This document shows positions 13,558-24,414 of a stretch of DNA of 64,000 bases, piece after piece. This stretch comes from Macrostomum lignano. Its lineage: Eukaryota. How positions within the stretch are numbered: position 1 is the first letter of the stretch; each line of letters opens with the position of its first letter. The notes under the pieces are model-generated. The model saw only the letters and a program-made list of their open reading frames with translations, had not been told where the DNA came from and ran no database searches. Made by a program: the position numbers and the translations under genes. The stretch lies in the NCBI GenBank assembly GCA_002269645.1, contig NIVC01000571.1, positions 186,001-250,000 on the forward strand, read 5' to 3'.

Positions 13558-15222
13558 CTATGCCAGCTCAGCGTCTGCTGCAGATGCTGCTTGCAGTTGC
13601 TGATTCTCCTTCCGCCTCACACTGAACAGTTGAATGAAAAGCTCAAAGAATTCAAAGGTGCTGATAATGGACACGCCCAGCCACAGGCCGAGGATACCGC
13701 CGATGTCGGAGGCCAAATTTCGGGCCAGATAGGCCCAGTTCTCGCGCACAATGTTGCCCATTGTGGAGTGACTGTACACTGTGAGCTTGGCGAACCGCTG
13801 CAGCGCGTACGGGTCATTTTTAAGGTGCTCCATGATCTCTTCCAGCACTTCAGTACTGTCGCCCCTGCTCCTTGCCTCGTGCATTGTCCTCTGAGTCGCC
13901 TCCCATAGCGCCTGGCGCGTCTCGTTGGCATCATTTGGCCATTTGTTCTGCATCACCCGCATCTCGTAGCGAGTGTTGTTACACTTCAGAGGGCAGTAGC
14001 TGTCTTTTTTCGTTTTCTTAGCCGATACTTGTTTGTGAATTTCATTGATGGCGTTGTCGTGGCACTCTTGTTTCTCCCTAACTGAGCTACTGTCGTTCGA
14101 TTTTGCGCCCCTACTTTGCTTGAGTCTCTCCTCGTTGATGTGGTGACAGAATGTGATGTTGTGGCGGGTGATGTTCCTAAACTTAGCCGGCAGAGGCAGG
14201 ATTTCGGAAACGCAGCGGCAGCTCTCGTTCAAAAAGTTTTGATACAAATTGACCTGGCAGTCCCTGACGCTGTACCTGTATTGAGTGACCTTTCCGTATC
14301 TATCCACGAATTCTAATGGCTGCAGGCTTTCCTCTTCAGCGCATTTTCTCAGCACCACCTCTTCAGTGTAGCCTAGTTGTACGTAGGTGCACGCATGCTC
14401 TTGTACATAAAATCCTTCGAGCATCTCCGGTCGCGTCCCTTTTTCGTGTATGACAGCTCGGAAGCCTTTGGAGTATCTCAGTGAATCTTCCTCGCTGATG
14501 AAGTTCATCATATCTCCGACATACATGATCACACTGAGGCCGCCGTCTCTTTCGCCTCCCACCAGCAGATGCCGCTCCCTTGGCGAAAATGTAAAGCAAC
14601 TGAAGTAGTTTGGATCAATGTACTCCGTGAAGTTTATGTATGAGCAGATTGTTCCGGCAAAATCACAGTGTAGAATCATCTCCTGGCTCTGTTTCGTGAT
14701 GTTCACCTCGTGCAGATACGACTTTAGCGAGTTCAGCAAGTCGCCGTTTATCTCGCTGTCACTTTCGTTGTTTGGATCCCAGAAGCTGCGTATGTCAGAC
14801 ACTAGCTCCTTTATAGGCTTGTTGAGACTTCTAATTTTTGGATTGCGTTCGTAACGCCGCAGACTAAAGTGGCTGGTGGCGCAGATGCTGATGTCGGGGA
14901 ACACAAAATTGGTGCTGTAGACACTTATCTCAGTGTTCACTGGCCCTTCGTTAAATCGGCTAAAGAGCGAGATCAAATGAGCGCTGAAGCCCGAAAATGC
15001 AGTTATAATTATGAGCAGCCACACGATCCTGTGAAGAATGCTGGAGCCTTGAAAGATTTTATGAAACCCATGCGCTGATGTGCTCTCGCAGAACTGCTTT
15101 AGCAGCTTCTTTGACGGGCTTTCCCCAAAGCCGTCTCGCCGCATCTTCTCCACCATCTTAGAGAGCTTGTTCGGTCTCGAGTTGCCTGCTGATTGTCTTT
15201 TTTCTGACGAATTGGTTGCCAT
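13558..15222 (-). CDS. DEG/ENaC/ASIC-family amiloride-sensitive cation channel subunit, single exon, 554 aa
   Basis: Pre-TM1 TSAHGF (HG motif), TM1 IVWLLIIITAFSGF, post-TM1 FPDISIC, C.F.G..C and FSCFTF, Cys-rich thumb, TM2 LASDIGGILGLWLGVSII (GxS filter). ATG at 15220-15222 and uninterrupted ORF. Confidence 0.95.
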   Translation of the reverse strand: MATNSSEKRQSAGNSRPNKLSKMVEKMRRDGFGESPSKKLLKQFCESTSAHGFHKIFQGSSILHRIVWLLIIITAFSGFSAHLISLFSRFNEGPVNTEISVYSTNFVFPDISICATSHFSLRRYERNPKIRSLNKPIKELVSDIRSFWDPNNESDSEINGDLLNSLKSYLHEVNITKQSQEMILHCDFAGTICSYINFTEYIDPNYFSCFTFSPRERHLLVGGERDGGLSVIMYVGDMMNFISEEDSLRYSKGFRAVIHEKGTRPEMLEGFYVQEHACTYVQLGYTEEVVLRKCAEEESLQPLEFVDRYGKVTQYRYSVRDCQVNLYQNFLNESCRCVSEILPLPAKFRNITRHNITFCHHINEERLKQSRGAKSNDSSSVREKQECHDNAINEIHKQVSAKKTKKDSYCPLKCNNTRYEMRVMQNKWPNDANETRQALWEATQRTMHEARSRGDSTEVLEEIMEHLKNDPYALQRFAKLTVYSHSTMGNIVRENWAYLARNLASDIGGILGLWLGVSIISTFEFFELFIQLFSVRRKENQQLQAASAADAELA

Positions 15223-17035
15223 TAGCTGGTTATCTTGACTACTTGACCAGTGGTTTGGTTTGCTTTGTAAAAGTGAGTTTCAGACTCTACAAAGCCTGGC
15301 TTTACCTGTCTGTTCAGATTTTATCAGAGTTCTTGTCCACCTCTTGTCTTCCATTCCACGCAGCTATTGCCCACTCATCCCAGCCAATCTTATGCACTTT
15401 GGTCGGCCACTGACCCAGTTTTCCCTGGTTGGCTGGGACGAGCCCCGGCTGTTCATGATGCCCCAGCTGCATTGGAATCGAGAATTGGGACTCCCGGAAG
15501 TCAAGCCCTGCGGGGTTCCGGGAGAACAAATGCATTTCTACCTTTCCTCCTCCCATTGCAAAGGAGAGATAACTGGCAGTTCGTTAATTTTGCTTGTTTG
15601 CTTCGTGGGAGATAAAAATAGTTTATAAATTGCTCTTATTTTTGCCCAGAAAGAAATGAACTTTTGAATAAGCCGAGAAAATTAACAAATTAGGCTTTGC
15701 CAGATTATACCTTATATTGCAGTTGATTTGGGCTTTGGTTTTATTTTTGTAGCATTTTGAATTGACTGTCAAAATATCTCGTGCTGTTAGTCTCGGCTTT
15801 TTAAAAAGAAAAATCAAACACATTGTTTGCTTAACATCAAGCGCGCTGCAGATCTGTAGAAAACTGGGCTGCTGTCTCCATTCATGTGGAGTTGTCACGC
15901 GCGGTTTTGACATTTTACTGCAAACTTCTTGAATTTGATTGCTGTTGCTCCGAATGCTTTTGCTAGTTTCGATTGCTACCATCGCGGGTGTTTCTATCTA
16001 CAGACGTTATGATCTTTGCCAGCAGTAGTTGTACTTCTGTTGCTGTTTTACAGGTGTTTTTCTAATATTTAAGTCTGTCAGAAGCAATCAAGCAAATCCG
16101 CCACCCTAGTGTTTTGTCCAACTGTCAAAGTCGTTGATAGCCAGACGTGTCACGAGCCTAGCAATGGGCTGCGTTGCATCAACTGGCACCGCTTGCTTAT
16201 GTATACCGGTAGAACAGACAAATTTGCAATTGCAAAAATTCTTAAAGGGAATGTCTGGGTTTGCTTTGTGTAAGCCTCCGATTAAGTTAAAATGTCAGTC
16301 TGTACTGCCTGGGATCTGCGACCTTAATAGTTTGAAGCATTGGATAGACATTCTAAGCACTACTGTCACTTTTTTGCTACCTCTGTACTAGTGGCAGTCA
16401 GCGCCAGACGCCTCTTGTTTTGCAGCAGCACCCTCTTGCATCGCAATAAATGTGCTGCGGCAGCCTCTGCTGATACCGGATGCTAGGGGAGTTTCCTGGA
16501 AATGGTTTCAATTATCTATCTACCGTTTCTGATTAATGCATTGGTGTCTGACCCAAAGGCTAAAATAACTCTTGGAAAATCGCAATCGTTGGTTAAAAAC
16601 GGGAGTTGGCAAAGCGCACCGTTAAAGCAATTTAATATCTTAGCAGAATTCCGAAGTGTCGTAATATAAACTAGAGTGTACGACGGTGACCTTGGACGCT
16701 TCTGCAATTACGATGCTGATAAAAATTCGTAATTCCCTCAAATCGAATAGTGTGCAGCTCAAAAAAAGAAATGGATCGGTCCTAGTGCATTCAGTTAAGT
16801 ATAGCATTAATTAGGCTAAGAGAAACTAAATAAGGACAATTATTAAAGCGGGCGTTTGCGTTCTTGAAAAATTCATGCGCATTTGTTTTACTTGAAATAA
16901 AGTCAAGACAAAACTTTATTTTGGTTCAAAAGCACGAAAAACTTTACCGGCTAAAAAGCCTGCTTTATATTAAACTATTTGTTATTGATCGGCATACTCA
17001 CCGCACCCCCCAACCCGCGCTAGCAAGTACATGCA

Positions 17036-17057
17036 GCGAGAGAGAGAGAGAGAGAGA
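17036..17057. repeat. (GA)n microsatellite
   Basis: Run of GAGAGA. Confidence 0.8.
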
Positions 17058-17105
17058 GCAAAACAACTCTACCTAGCCCCGCCCCCAGCGCGCACGTAGG
17101 CCAAG

Positions 17106-18081
17106 CTATCACATTATCATACAGTCTAGCCAACAAGTGAGTCAAAATAATGGAGATTTTACCATAGACAATTGACAATCAGGGTGCAATAATGCGCCAA
17201 AAATGCACGCTGGCGGCTTTCAGCGTGCAATAATGCAACAACACAAACTTTATATTTTACGAAAAGCAAACGTAGCAAATAGTTGAACATTTTTAACGAG
17301 CTCTTCGTCTAGTAGTCAGTGCTCTAGTAGTAACTCGAAAACTCAGTAACTCACTCAGTACTCATCAGTACTCACTGATCACCGAATTTGAAGTTGCAAT
17401 TGCTGAAACTACCACTCAGATGAATATGTAGCTCCGGTCGAACAGTATCGGCCGAAGATGCTTGAACGTCAACCTTGACATTTTGGACTGACGTCGTCAT
17501 TCCAACACTTGCCACCCGCTTTGGGACCTCGGAGATAGACGTAGCATCCCCCGCCGAATCCATATCGCCAGATGGTCCGACGATAGCCACAGACTTATCG
17601 TTGGTCGCAGAAGAGGAACTGGCTCCATACAGCGATGCTGACAACACGTCGGACATCTTGCCCTCGTCCTCCTCATCTCCTCGTCCTGTCTGTCGACAAT
17701 CGCTTGCAGTTCAGTTGTGGAACCTCCAACATCCGGAATTGATTCCGAGTCTTCACCCTCCACCAAGGGAATCAGATTGAACAGTTCTTCCAGAGTAGGT
17801 AGGAGCGGCTCATCATCGAACATCGTCCGCTCGATCAACGAATTTCTGTCCATGAGCTCTACATGCTTCTCGATTTCCGCCGTAGTCAAGCCGGTTATGC
17901 AATTGTCCGGGAATTGAGACAGATGAATCATGTTTTCAAATGAACGCACACTGAGACGAACAAATATCGCGCTGTAGTGGAGAGAAAGATATTCCTTGCC
18001 TCCCTCAACCCTGTTCTTTGCAAATTGCCATAGACAAAAATGAATAGCCACTGTTGGCTAGTCTATATGATAATGTGATAG
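17106..18081. mobile_element. Putative ~980-bp inverted-repeat-bounded element of unknown class
   Basis: CTATCACATTATCATAcAGtCTAGCCAACA (17106-17135) matches the reverse complement at 18052-18081 in 28/30 positions. AAG flanks both sides (possible 3-bp TSD). Confidence 0.5.
17372..17931 (-). pseudogene. Frameshifted ORF for an acidic, Ser-rich ~186-aa protein ending LSGSFSNCNFKFGDQ
   Basis: ORFs 17497-18051 and 17372-17656 join into one protein-like frame (...IVDRQDEE[D]EEDEGKMSDVLSASLY...) if one base is restored near 17675, inside a GAG/GAT/GAC run. Function unknown. Confidence 0.5.
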
Positions 18082-20097
18082 AAGCACGGCTTGCGCGTGC
18101 AACAACGCCATAGACACTCGTGGTCCTAGGCGTTGTTGCACTTGCAAGCCGTGCACTATCTTTCCATTGTTTAGCAATTTGACGATCATTATTCACATTT
18201 TTAATGCAGAACAATCCACTACTACAAACAATGCATTGTCTGTAGGATCGTCAAACAGAAAAACAATGCAAAGAATCAGCGGTCGCAGCACGTGACAACG
18301 ATTTGTCTATGGCTCGCGCCTACCGGCGCTCGCCAGACAATCGTTGTCACGCACTGGGACCGCTGATTATTTATCCATTACTACTCTACGTAAAAGTGCA
18401 GCGCATCCTCTATGGGAAAAAAGGGTCCAAGATAGCTGCGGTTTATCTTTGAAGGGGTGGTTACGGACTAGGGAAAGCGTAGGAGCGGTTGTATACAAAT
18501 GCTTGTAAAAGCAGATACCCAGATAGCGCTGTGTCTTATCCAGCTGAGGGTAAAGACTGACCCGACCTCCCACTGCCAAATGACCGGGCGATCGCTGGAG
18601 AGATTTCTGCGCACACTTTTGGGAACAAGAAAGGTTTGCAATTGAAGAGAAGGAATGGGAGAGGCTTGGAGCGGAAAAGCTGCTGATCTGCGGGTGTATC
18701 ATCATGGAGCCGGGAATAGCTAAGGCGCTAGTGCGTTTTTACGTACCCTATGCAGCGTAACTACAAAGAAATCTGGTCATTTCGTGTTCAGCGCGCTTGT
18801 ATTTTTGGAAGCTGCATTGGCTTTAGAGATTTGATTTATAAGTTGAACTACTTGCAAGGAGGCGGTTATTCATTGTGCTTACAGCAATAAAGCGCAGAGC
18901 GAATGACTTGCTTTATTTTTCTAGCTTGTAACGAAGTAAATTTACCAAATGATATAGTAATTACATGCATGTAGGCGCCCATAGCTGCTTTCTCTTGGAT
19001 AAAACACACGTGACATATTTCTGTCATGTGTTCGCTTCTGATTGCTTGGCCTTGGAACTAGCTTCAACGAATTGTCCTTTCGCCGATTTTCCATGGCATA
19101 TCTATCCCAGCAATCCTCGGCTGATTCATCTTAGGCTCGATTAACCCGTAGCCTTTCTTCGCCGGCTCTTTCGATGTAAACTTAAAAAATTTTCTTCAAA
19201 GAATCTTCTCTACCCCCCCCCCGACGCAGGCAGCTGGGCGGGATGGAGTGTATTGGCTCTGGTTCGGCCTGTTAGGCAGTCAGTTGTCGTTCCTACCCTC
19301 TCTTCTGCCTGCTTGATCTCGATGACATTTTCGATATCGATATCGGCTAGCCTTCACAAATCCTTCCGGACCAGCTGCCTTTTTTCCTCTCGATTTCTCT
19401 TCTGGCAGCAATATACAGGAAATCTTGGGGTATCCAACCGCCCTGTCTCAGTTTCTTGAACGCACCTCTCTTTTTCTGCCTCATTTTCCGCACCTGCTGG
19501 TTCGCATTTATTACCGCGTTTGCTGCGGCGGCACTAAATGTTTTGCGGTAGTACGAATTTTTTTGCTTTCGGCAGCAAATACAAGCGTAATTATATTGGG
19601 GGGAAGGGCGCGAACATCTGTTCGTATTTGCTGGCAGAAGCACCCTCAGGTGCCGGGCGGAACCCTTTTTTGCCTCGCATCTTCCAGTTGTCCGCCACTT
19701 GCTTTTCATCTCACTGCGCACAGACAGGAATTTGTTAGAATCGTCTTGCCGTGCGCTGTCTGTTCGAGCCGTTACATCATTGGCTTTAAATATGGCAATT
19801 TAAGCCATATTTGTCTAGCGAATCTGGAGCCTTGCTGCGTCCGTGTTATTTTAGTAAACCTCTGGGGCCCCACAAGCACCCGTAAGAACTATGTCTGGGT
19901 TTCAATTGCATAAGTACCTAGCTCTTGAAGTTTTGTATTATTGGAACTTTGCAGACTGTTTGAATCCCAAGGCGCTTCTTCCGAATTCCGGCCTAATCTA
20001 CGCAGCCTTGCTCTCTCGCTGGCTTTGCCAATTAGACACGCTGCTTAATGTACTGCGCTGCATAACTTTTCAAACTTTTCGGTTGAAAAAGCCTTAG

Positions 20098-20205
20098 GTT
20101 CGCAGCTCCTGCTGGGACTTCGCTTGGGGTCTCAGTAGATGATTGCCTGTCGGAAAGTCGCTGGAATGAACTGGGCCGGTCCAATTTCTCTGTGCTCCAC
20201 GAGCC
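20098..20205 (+). CDS. Putative upstream exon of the nucleotidyltransferase gene
   Basis: Acceptor CCTTAG at 20092-20097. The exon reads FAAPAGTSLGVSVDDCLSESRWNELGRSNFSVLHEP in the same frame as the main ORF. A weak donor GTGACG at 20206 would join in phase 2 to the AG at 20630-20631. Confidence 0.4.
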
Positions 20206-20631
20206 GTGACGCATATATACATGTCGCGGATTGGATTAGTTTGAATTATATTTTAATGTATCAAAACTTAAGAAACTCTGTTAGATAAAATGGAATTTGC
20301 CCGGTTCTTAGTACAGTTTTTTAGACATAAAGGCCAAGCTGTATTGTACCAGATAATGAACTGCAGTGCCCATCTAAGCAGACTACCGATCATTACTTAT
20401 CGTAAACTCGCGAAAGGCGCGTTCTGAATTTTTCATCCACTGACCGAATCGACCCATTAAACCCACACGCTGCCTCTAGCCCTAACGCAGGAGTTGAGGT
20501 TTTTTATAGCCTTAGTAGTTTTTAATATTACCGCATAATTTATGAATCAGTATAGTTAGTATGGGATTAAGACTTCATTGAGCCCTGCACCCTGCGCCTT
20601 TCCAGGAGCCAGTCTGTCTGGCGCACTGCAG

Positions 20632-22120
20632 TCCGGCCTGGGCCTTCGCTCTCGCAAAGTGCGACTCCCCCGATCGAGTTCGGCACGCACTCGCCGACCG
20701 CGTCTGGGGTTTTCCGCCACGCCGCCAGGGCGTCGAGCAGCCTGTCGATCTGCTGGCGAGTCTGGCGCGCGGCCAGGGCGGCTCCCCTAGTGCTGATCGG
20801 CGGCCGCTTGTCCTACTGATCAGCGCCTCAGGCAGTCGAGGCATTTGTGCGGCCGCCCTGCTGTCCGATAATGCTTTTGAAGAAGCCGCTGAGCCGTCTG
20901 CGGACACCTCCGGCCGGCTCTGGTGCCGCTTCCGCCTGGCCGATGTACTGCCAGACGTCGGGGTCTCCGACGACGCCGATTTGCCTCTGCTGGTGACGCC
21001 GTTCGGCGACGCGGTCGATACAGACGGTCGGCCGCTCGGCGAGTGCCGCAACCTGGCTGCGGTGAATGGCGTTTGCGGTTGCCGTCTGGTGCAGCGCCTG
21101 GCCGCCGACTTGGCCGACGCGCGGGCCGCCGCAGCGCCCGCACCGAGCCAGCTCGGCCGAATCGCTGGCGAGCGGAGCGGCGCCGAGCCTGACGAGCTGG
21201 CGGTCGCCGCCCGGTTGGCGCGCCGGCTTGGCCGCAGTCACGGCCGCGCCCTGCTGGCCTGTCCGGCCGGCAGCCGACGCTACAATCTGCACGGCCCAGC
21301 CAGCGACCACGACCTGGCCGTGGTCTACCGGGCGCCGCTCCGCTCGCTGCTCGGCCTGCCGGGTCTCCGACCAGCCGACAGCCTGCAGTCAAGCGGCCCG
21401 GCGGACCCCATCGACTGCCGGGCCACCGAGCTGGGCAGGTTCCTTGAACTGCTGCTGGCGGGGGACCCCAAGGCTGTGGAGTGTCTGTTCCTGCGGCAGG
21501 AGGACCTGCACTTCGGCCGGCCTGCCGACCGGCTCCGTCTTGCCTGGCTGTTTGAGTCAAAGCGGCGTTTCCTGACGCCCCGCCTGCTGAGGGCCTACCG
21601 CAGCGAGCTGGAGGGCGCCAAAGGACTGCGCAAGCTGGACAGGCTGAGGGCGCAGTGGCTGTCCACGGCTAACGAGGGAGTGGCAGGCGCAGCCGTAGAC
21701 GGTGTGACCCCAGGTTCGGTCGAGGAAGCAGCGGGCGGAGCGAAAGCTACCGCCCTGGGCGCGAGGCTGCGCAAGCTGTACTGCATTCTGCTCCGGCTGG
21801 CGGACTGCTGTGCGCACGCGGCCTCCGGCGAGCTGCCGGTCCGATTCGAGGCCGGGTCAGAGCGGCACCGCCTCCTCAGCTGGATCCGGTTCGGGCCGCC
21901 TGCGGCGCTCAGCCAGGCGGACGAGCTGCGCATGCGGGACGCCCTGCGCGATCGGCTGGCGGCTGCGTCGTCTGCGGCTGCCGCTGCAGAGGCGGCGGAA
22001 GCACCGGAGACGCTGGCGCGGCTGCAGGCGGAGGCCAACGACTGGCTGATTGAGCACCGGCTCGCCTGCCACGCTGATGGCGATGAGCGGCTGCTGGCCA
22101 GCGAGCTGGAGGGCGACTGA
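20632..22120 (+). CDS. RlaP-like / PF10127-type Pol-beta-superfamily nucleotidyltransferase, main exon (frame open from 20582; true start lies in upstream exons)
   Basis: LLACPAGSRRYNLHGPASDHDLAVVYRAP (GS at 21269-21274, DxD at 21305-21313), then TELGRFLELLLAGDPKAVECL, RRFLT..Y, KLYCILLRL, GELPVRF..R..LLSWIRFG and NDWLIEHR. This is the motif order of prokaryotic GSRAYG..SDxD nucleotidyltransferases. The track start at 20981 is a TTG, and the frame has no upstream stop until 20579. Confidence 0.85.
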
Positions 22121-22260
22121 TGGCCTTTTTTGGGCACATAGCAATTCATTCCATTCTGCTTTTTAATCATGTCTGTAGCGGCCAGGAAGCTGACACAGTT
22201 TCTCTTTGCTGCTTTACGACAGGGGCCACGTGAGGGGCTGGCAGGTTAGCCCTATTGTCT

Positions 22261-22830
22261 CTAACCTGACAGATTGCTCCACTCTTACCTGACAGACTCG
22301 TCTCTTACCTGACAGATTTGCCTCTTACCTGACAGACTCGTCTCTTACCTGACAGATTTGCCTCTTACCTGACAGATTTGCCTCTTACCTGACAGATTTG
22401 CCTCTTACCTGACAGATTTGCCTCTTACCTGACAGATTTGCCTCTTACCTGACAGATTTGCCTCTTACCTGACAGATTTGCCTCTAACCTGACAGATTCG
22501 CCTCTTACCTGACAGATTTGCCTCTTACCTGACAGATTCGCCTCTTACCTGACAGATTTGCCTCTTACCTGACAGATTTGCCTCTTACCTGACAGATTTG
22601 CCTCTTACCTGACAGATTTGCCTCTTACCTGACAGATTCGCCTCTTACCTGACAGATTCGCCTCTTACCTGACAGATTTGCCTCTTACCTGACAGATTCG
22701 CCTCTTACCTGACAGATTCGCCTCTTCCCTGACAGATTCGCCTCTTCCCTGACAGATTCGCCTCTTCCCTGACAGATTCGCCTCTTCCCTGACAGATTCG
22801 CCTCTTACCTAACAGATTCGCCTCTTCCCT
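22261..22830. repeat. 20-bp minisatellite (CCTCTTACCTGACAGATTTG), ~28 copies
   Basis: Period 20 is directly visible, with ATTTG-to-ATTCG and TTAC-to-TTCC variants polarised to the right end. Confidence 0.95.
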
Positions 22831-23610
22831 TTAGTCCCAAACGTCCCTTAGTGCGCAGGTAACAACCTGTGCGGCCAGAGAGGACGAGTCCATTCATCCC
22901 AAGCCGCAGCTGTTTGCTTGTTTGCCTGAATTGTCAGCTTAGGCTCGATAGTGGTTCGGGATTTACGGGGAGACTCCCTGGCGCTGTCGCCCATTCATTT
23001 CATTCCATGCGAGTTTTTACTAACCTGGCGACATTCGCCCAGCTTCTCTTAGCTGCCTCATCGCTGTTGCTAAGCGAAGTCTGGCTGGATATTTTGTATA
23101 TTCCCGGGCACCACTTCGCTGCTAAATGCCAGCCCGCTTCGGCAATTTCGCCAAATCCTTGCACAGTTTTGGTCAATCAGCGTCTGCTTTGCCGCTGTTC
23201 CGACTTCCAGCTTCCAGTCAGTTTGTTGCACCTCCTCGCTTCTTTCGGCACCACCGCAGCGGCGCCGCCCCAACTTTGCCCGGATATAAAAACTGCCCAG
23301 TTAAGTCCGGGGAGCCATCAGGTGCAGTCAGCGCCTCCCTGATTGACGCCGTCCTGTTTTGATCGTCTGCGCCGGTGCTACCGTGTGGCTTTCCTCAGTT
23401 ATGCAGTCAGCAGACAGGCGCACTTTTGCACTGCCTGCCCTTCTTTGATTACCGATGCGATTCACTGTTTGCCTGCTAATGCGTATTGCTGAGCCATTCA
23501 TCCAGATAGATTTACTGACGTCACTGCGCACTTCAGCCTCGTCTGTACTAGCTTTTTCATTTGGCTAATTGCCGTTTTTAATACCTGTAGGGTCACAGTA
23601 ACTCTTAATA

Positions 23611-24346
23611 CAGTGACACAGCAGCTTATCAGTGACAGCAGCTTATCAGTGACACAGCAGCTAATCAGTGACACAGCAGCTTATCAGTGACACAGTAGCT
23701 TATCAGTGACACAGCAGCTTATCAGTGACACAGTAGCTTATCAGTGACACAGTAGCTTATCAGTGACACAGTAGCTTATCAGTGACACAGTAGCTTATCA
23801 GTGACACAGTAGCTTATCAGTGACACAGTAGCTTATCAGTGACACAGTAGCTTATCAGTGACACAGTAGCTTATCAGTGACACAATAGCTTATCAGTGAC
23901 ACAGCAGCTTATCAGTGACACAGTAGCTTATCAGTGACACAGCAGCTTATCAGTGACACAGTAGCTTATCAGTGACACAGCAGCTTATCAGTGACACAAT
24001 AGCTTATCAGTGACACAGTAGCTTATAAGTGACACAGTAGCTTATCAGTGACACAGTAGCATCAGTGACACAGCAGCTTATCAGTGACACTGTAGTTTAT
24101 CAGTGACACAGTAGCTTATCAGTGACACAGCAGCTTATCAGTTACACAGTAGCTTATCAGTGACACAATAGCTTATCAGTGACACAGCAGCTTATCAGTG
24201 ACACAGTAGCATCAGTGACACAATAGCCTATCAGTGACACAGCAGCTTATCAGTGACACAGTAGCTTATCAGTGACAGCAGCTTATCAGTGACAGCAGCT
24301 TATCAGTGACACAATGGCTTATCAGTGACACAGCAGCATCAGTGAC
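23611..24346. repeat. 19-bp minisatellite (CAGTGACACAGTAGCTTAT), ~39 copies, ending ~70 bp upstream of the GET3 ATG
   Basis: Period 19 (23761, 23780). It probably lies in a 5-prime UTR intron or outron, since an acceptor-like CTCCGATTGCAG ends at 24392. Confidence 0.95.
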
Positions 24347-24414
24347 CTGACCCGGTACCTGCAAGGCCATCATTCCCACTCTCCGATTGCAGCGCAGCCA
24401 ACCACAGCCCAGCA

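Noticed and set aside
18500-19720. Protein-like fragments with stops (+ strand DRWRDFCAHF..KALVRFY; - strand LADIDIENVIEIKQAEER, KKGYGLIEP)
   Set aside because: These could be decayed mobile-element coding sequence, but I recognise no diagnostic motif and the two strands conflict. Not supportable without a search.
23284-23291. TATAAAA as a GET3 promoter
   Set aside because: A single short motif 1.1 kb upstream with no supporting initiator or transcript evidence.
22261-24346. Regular repeats near the bacterial-type NTase considered as a CRISPR array
   Set aside because: Head-to-tail units have no unique spacers, there are no cas genes, and the context is eukaryotic.
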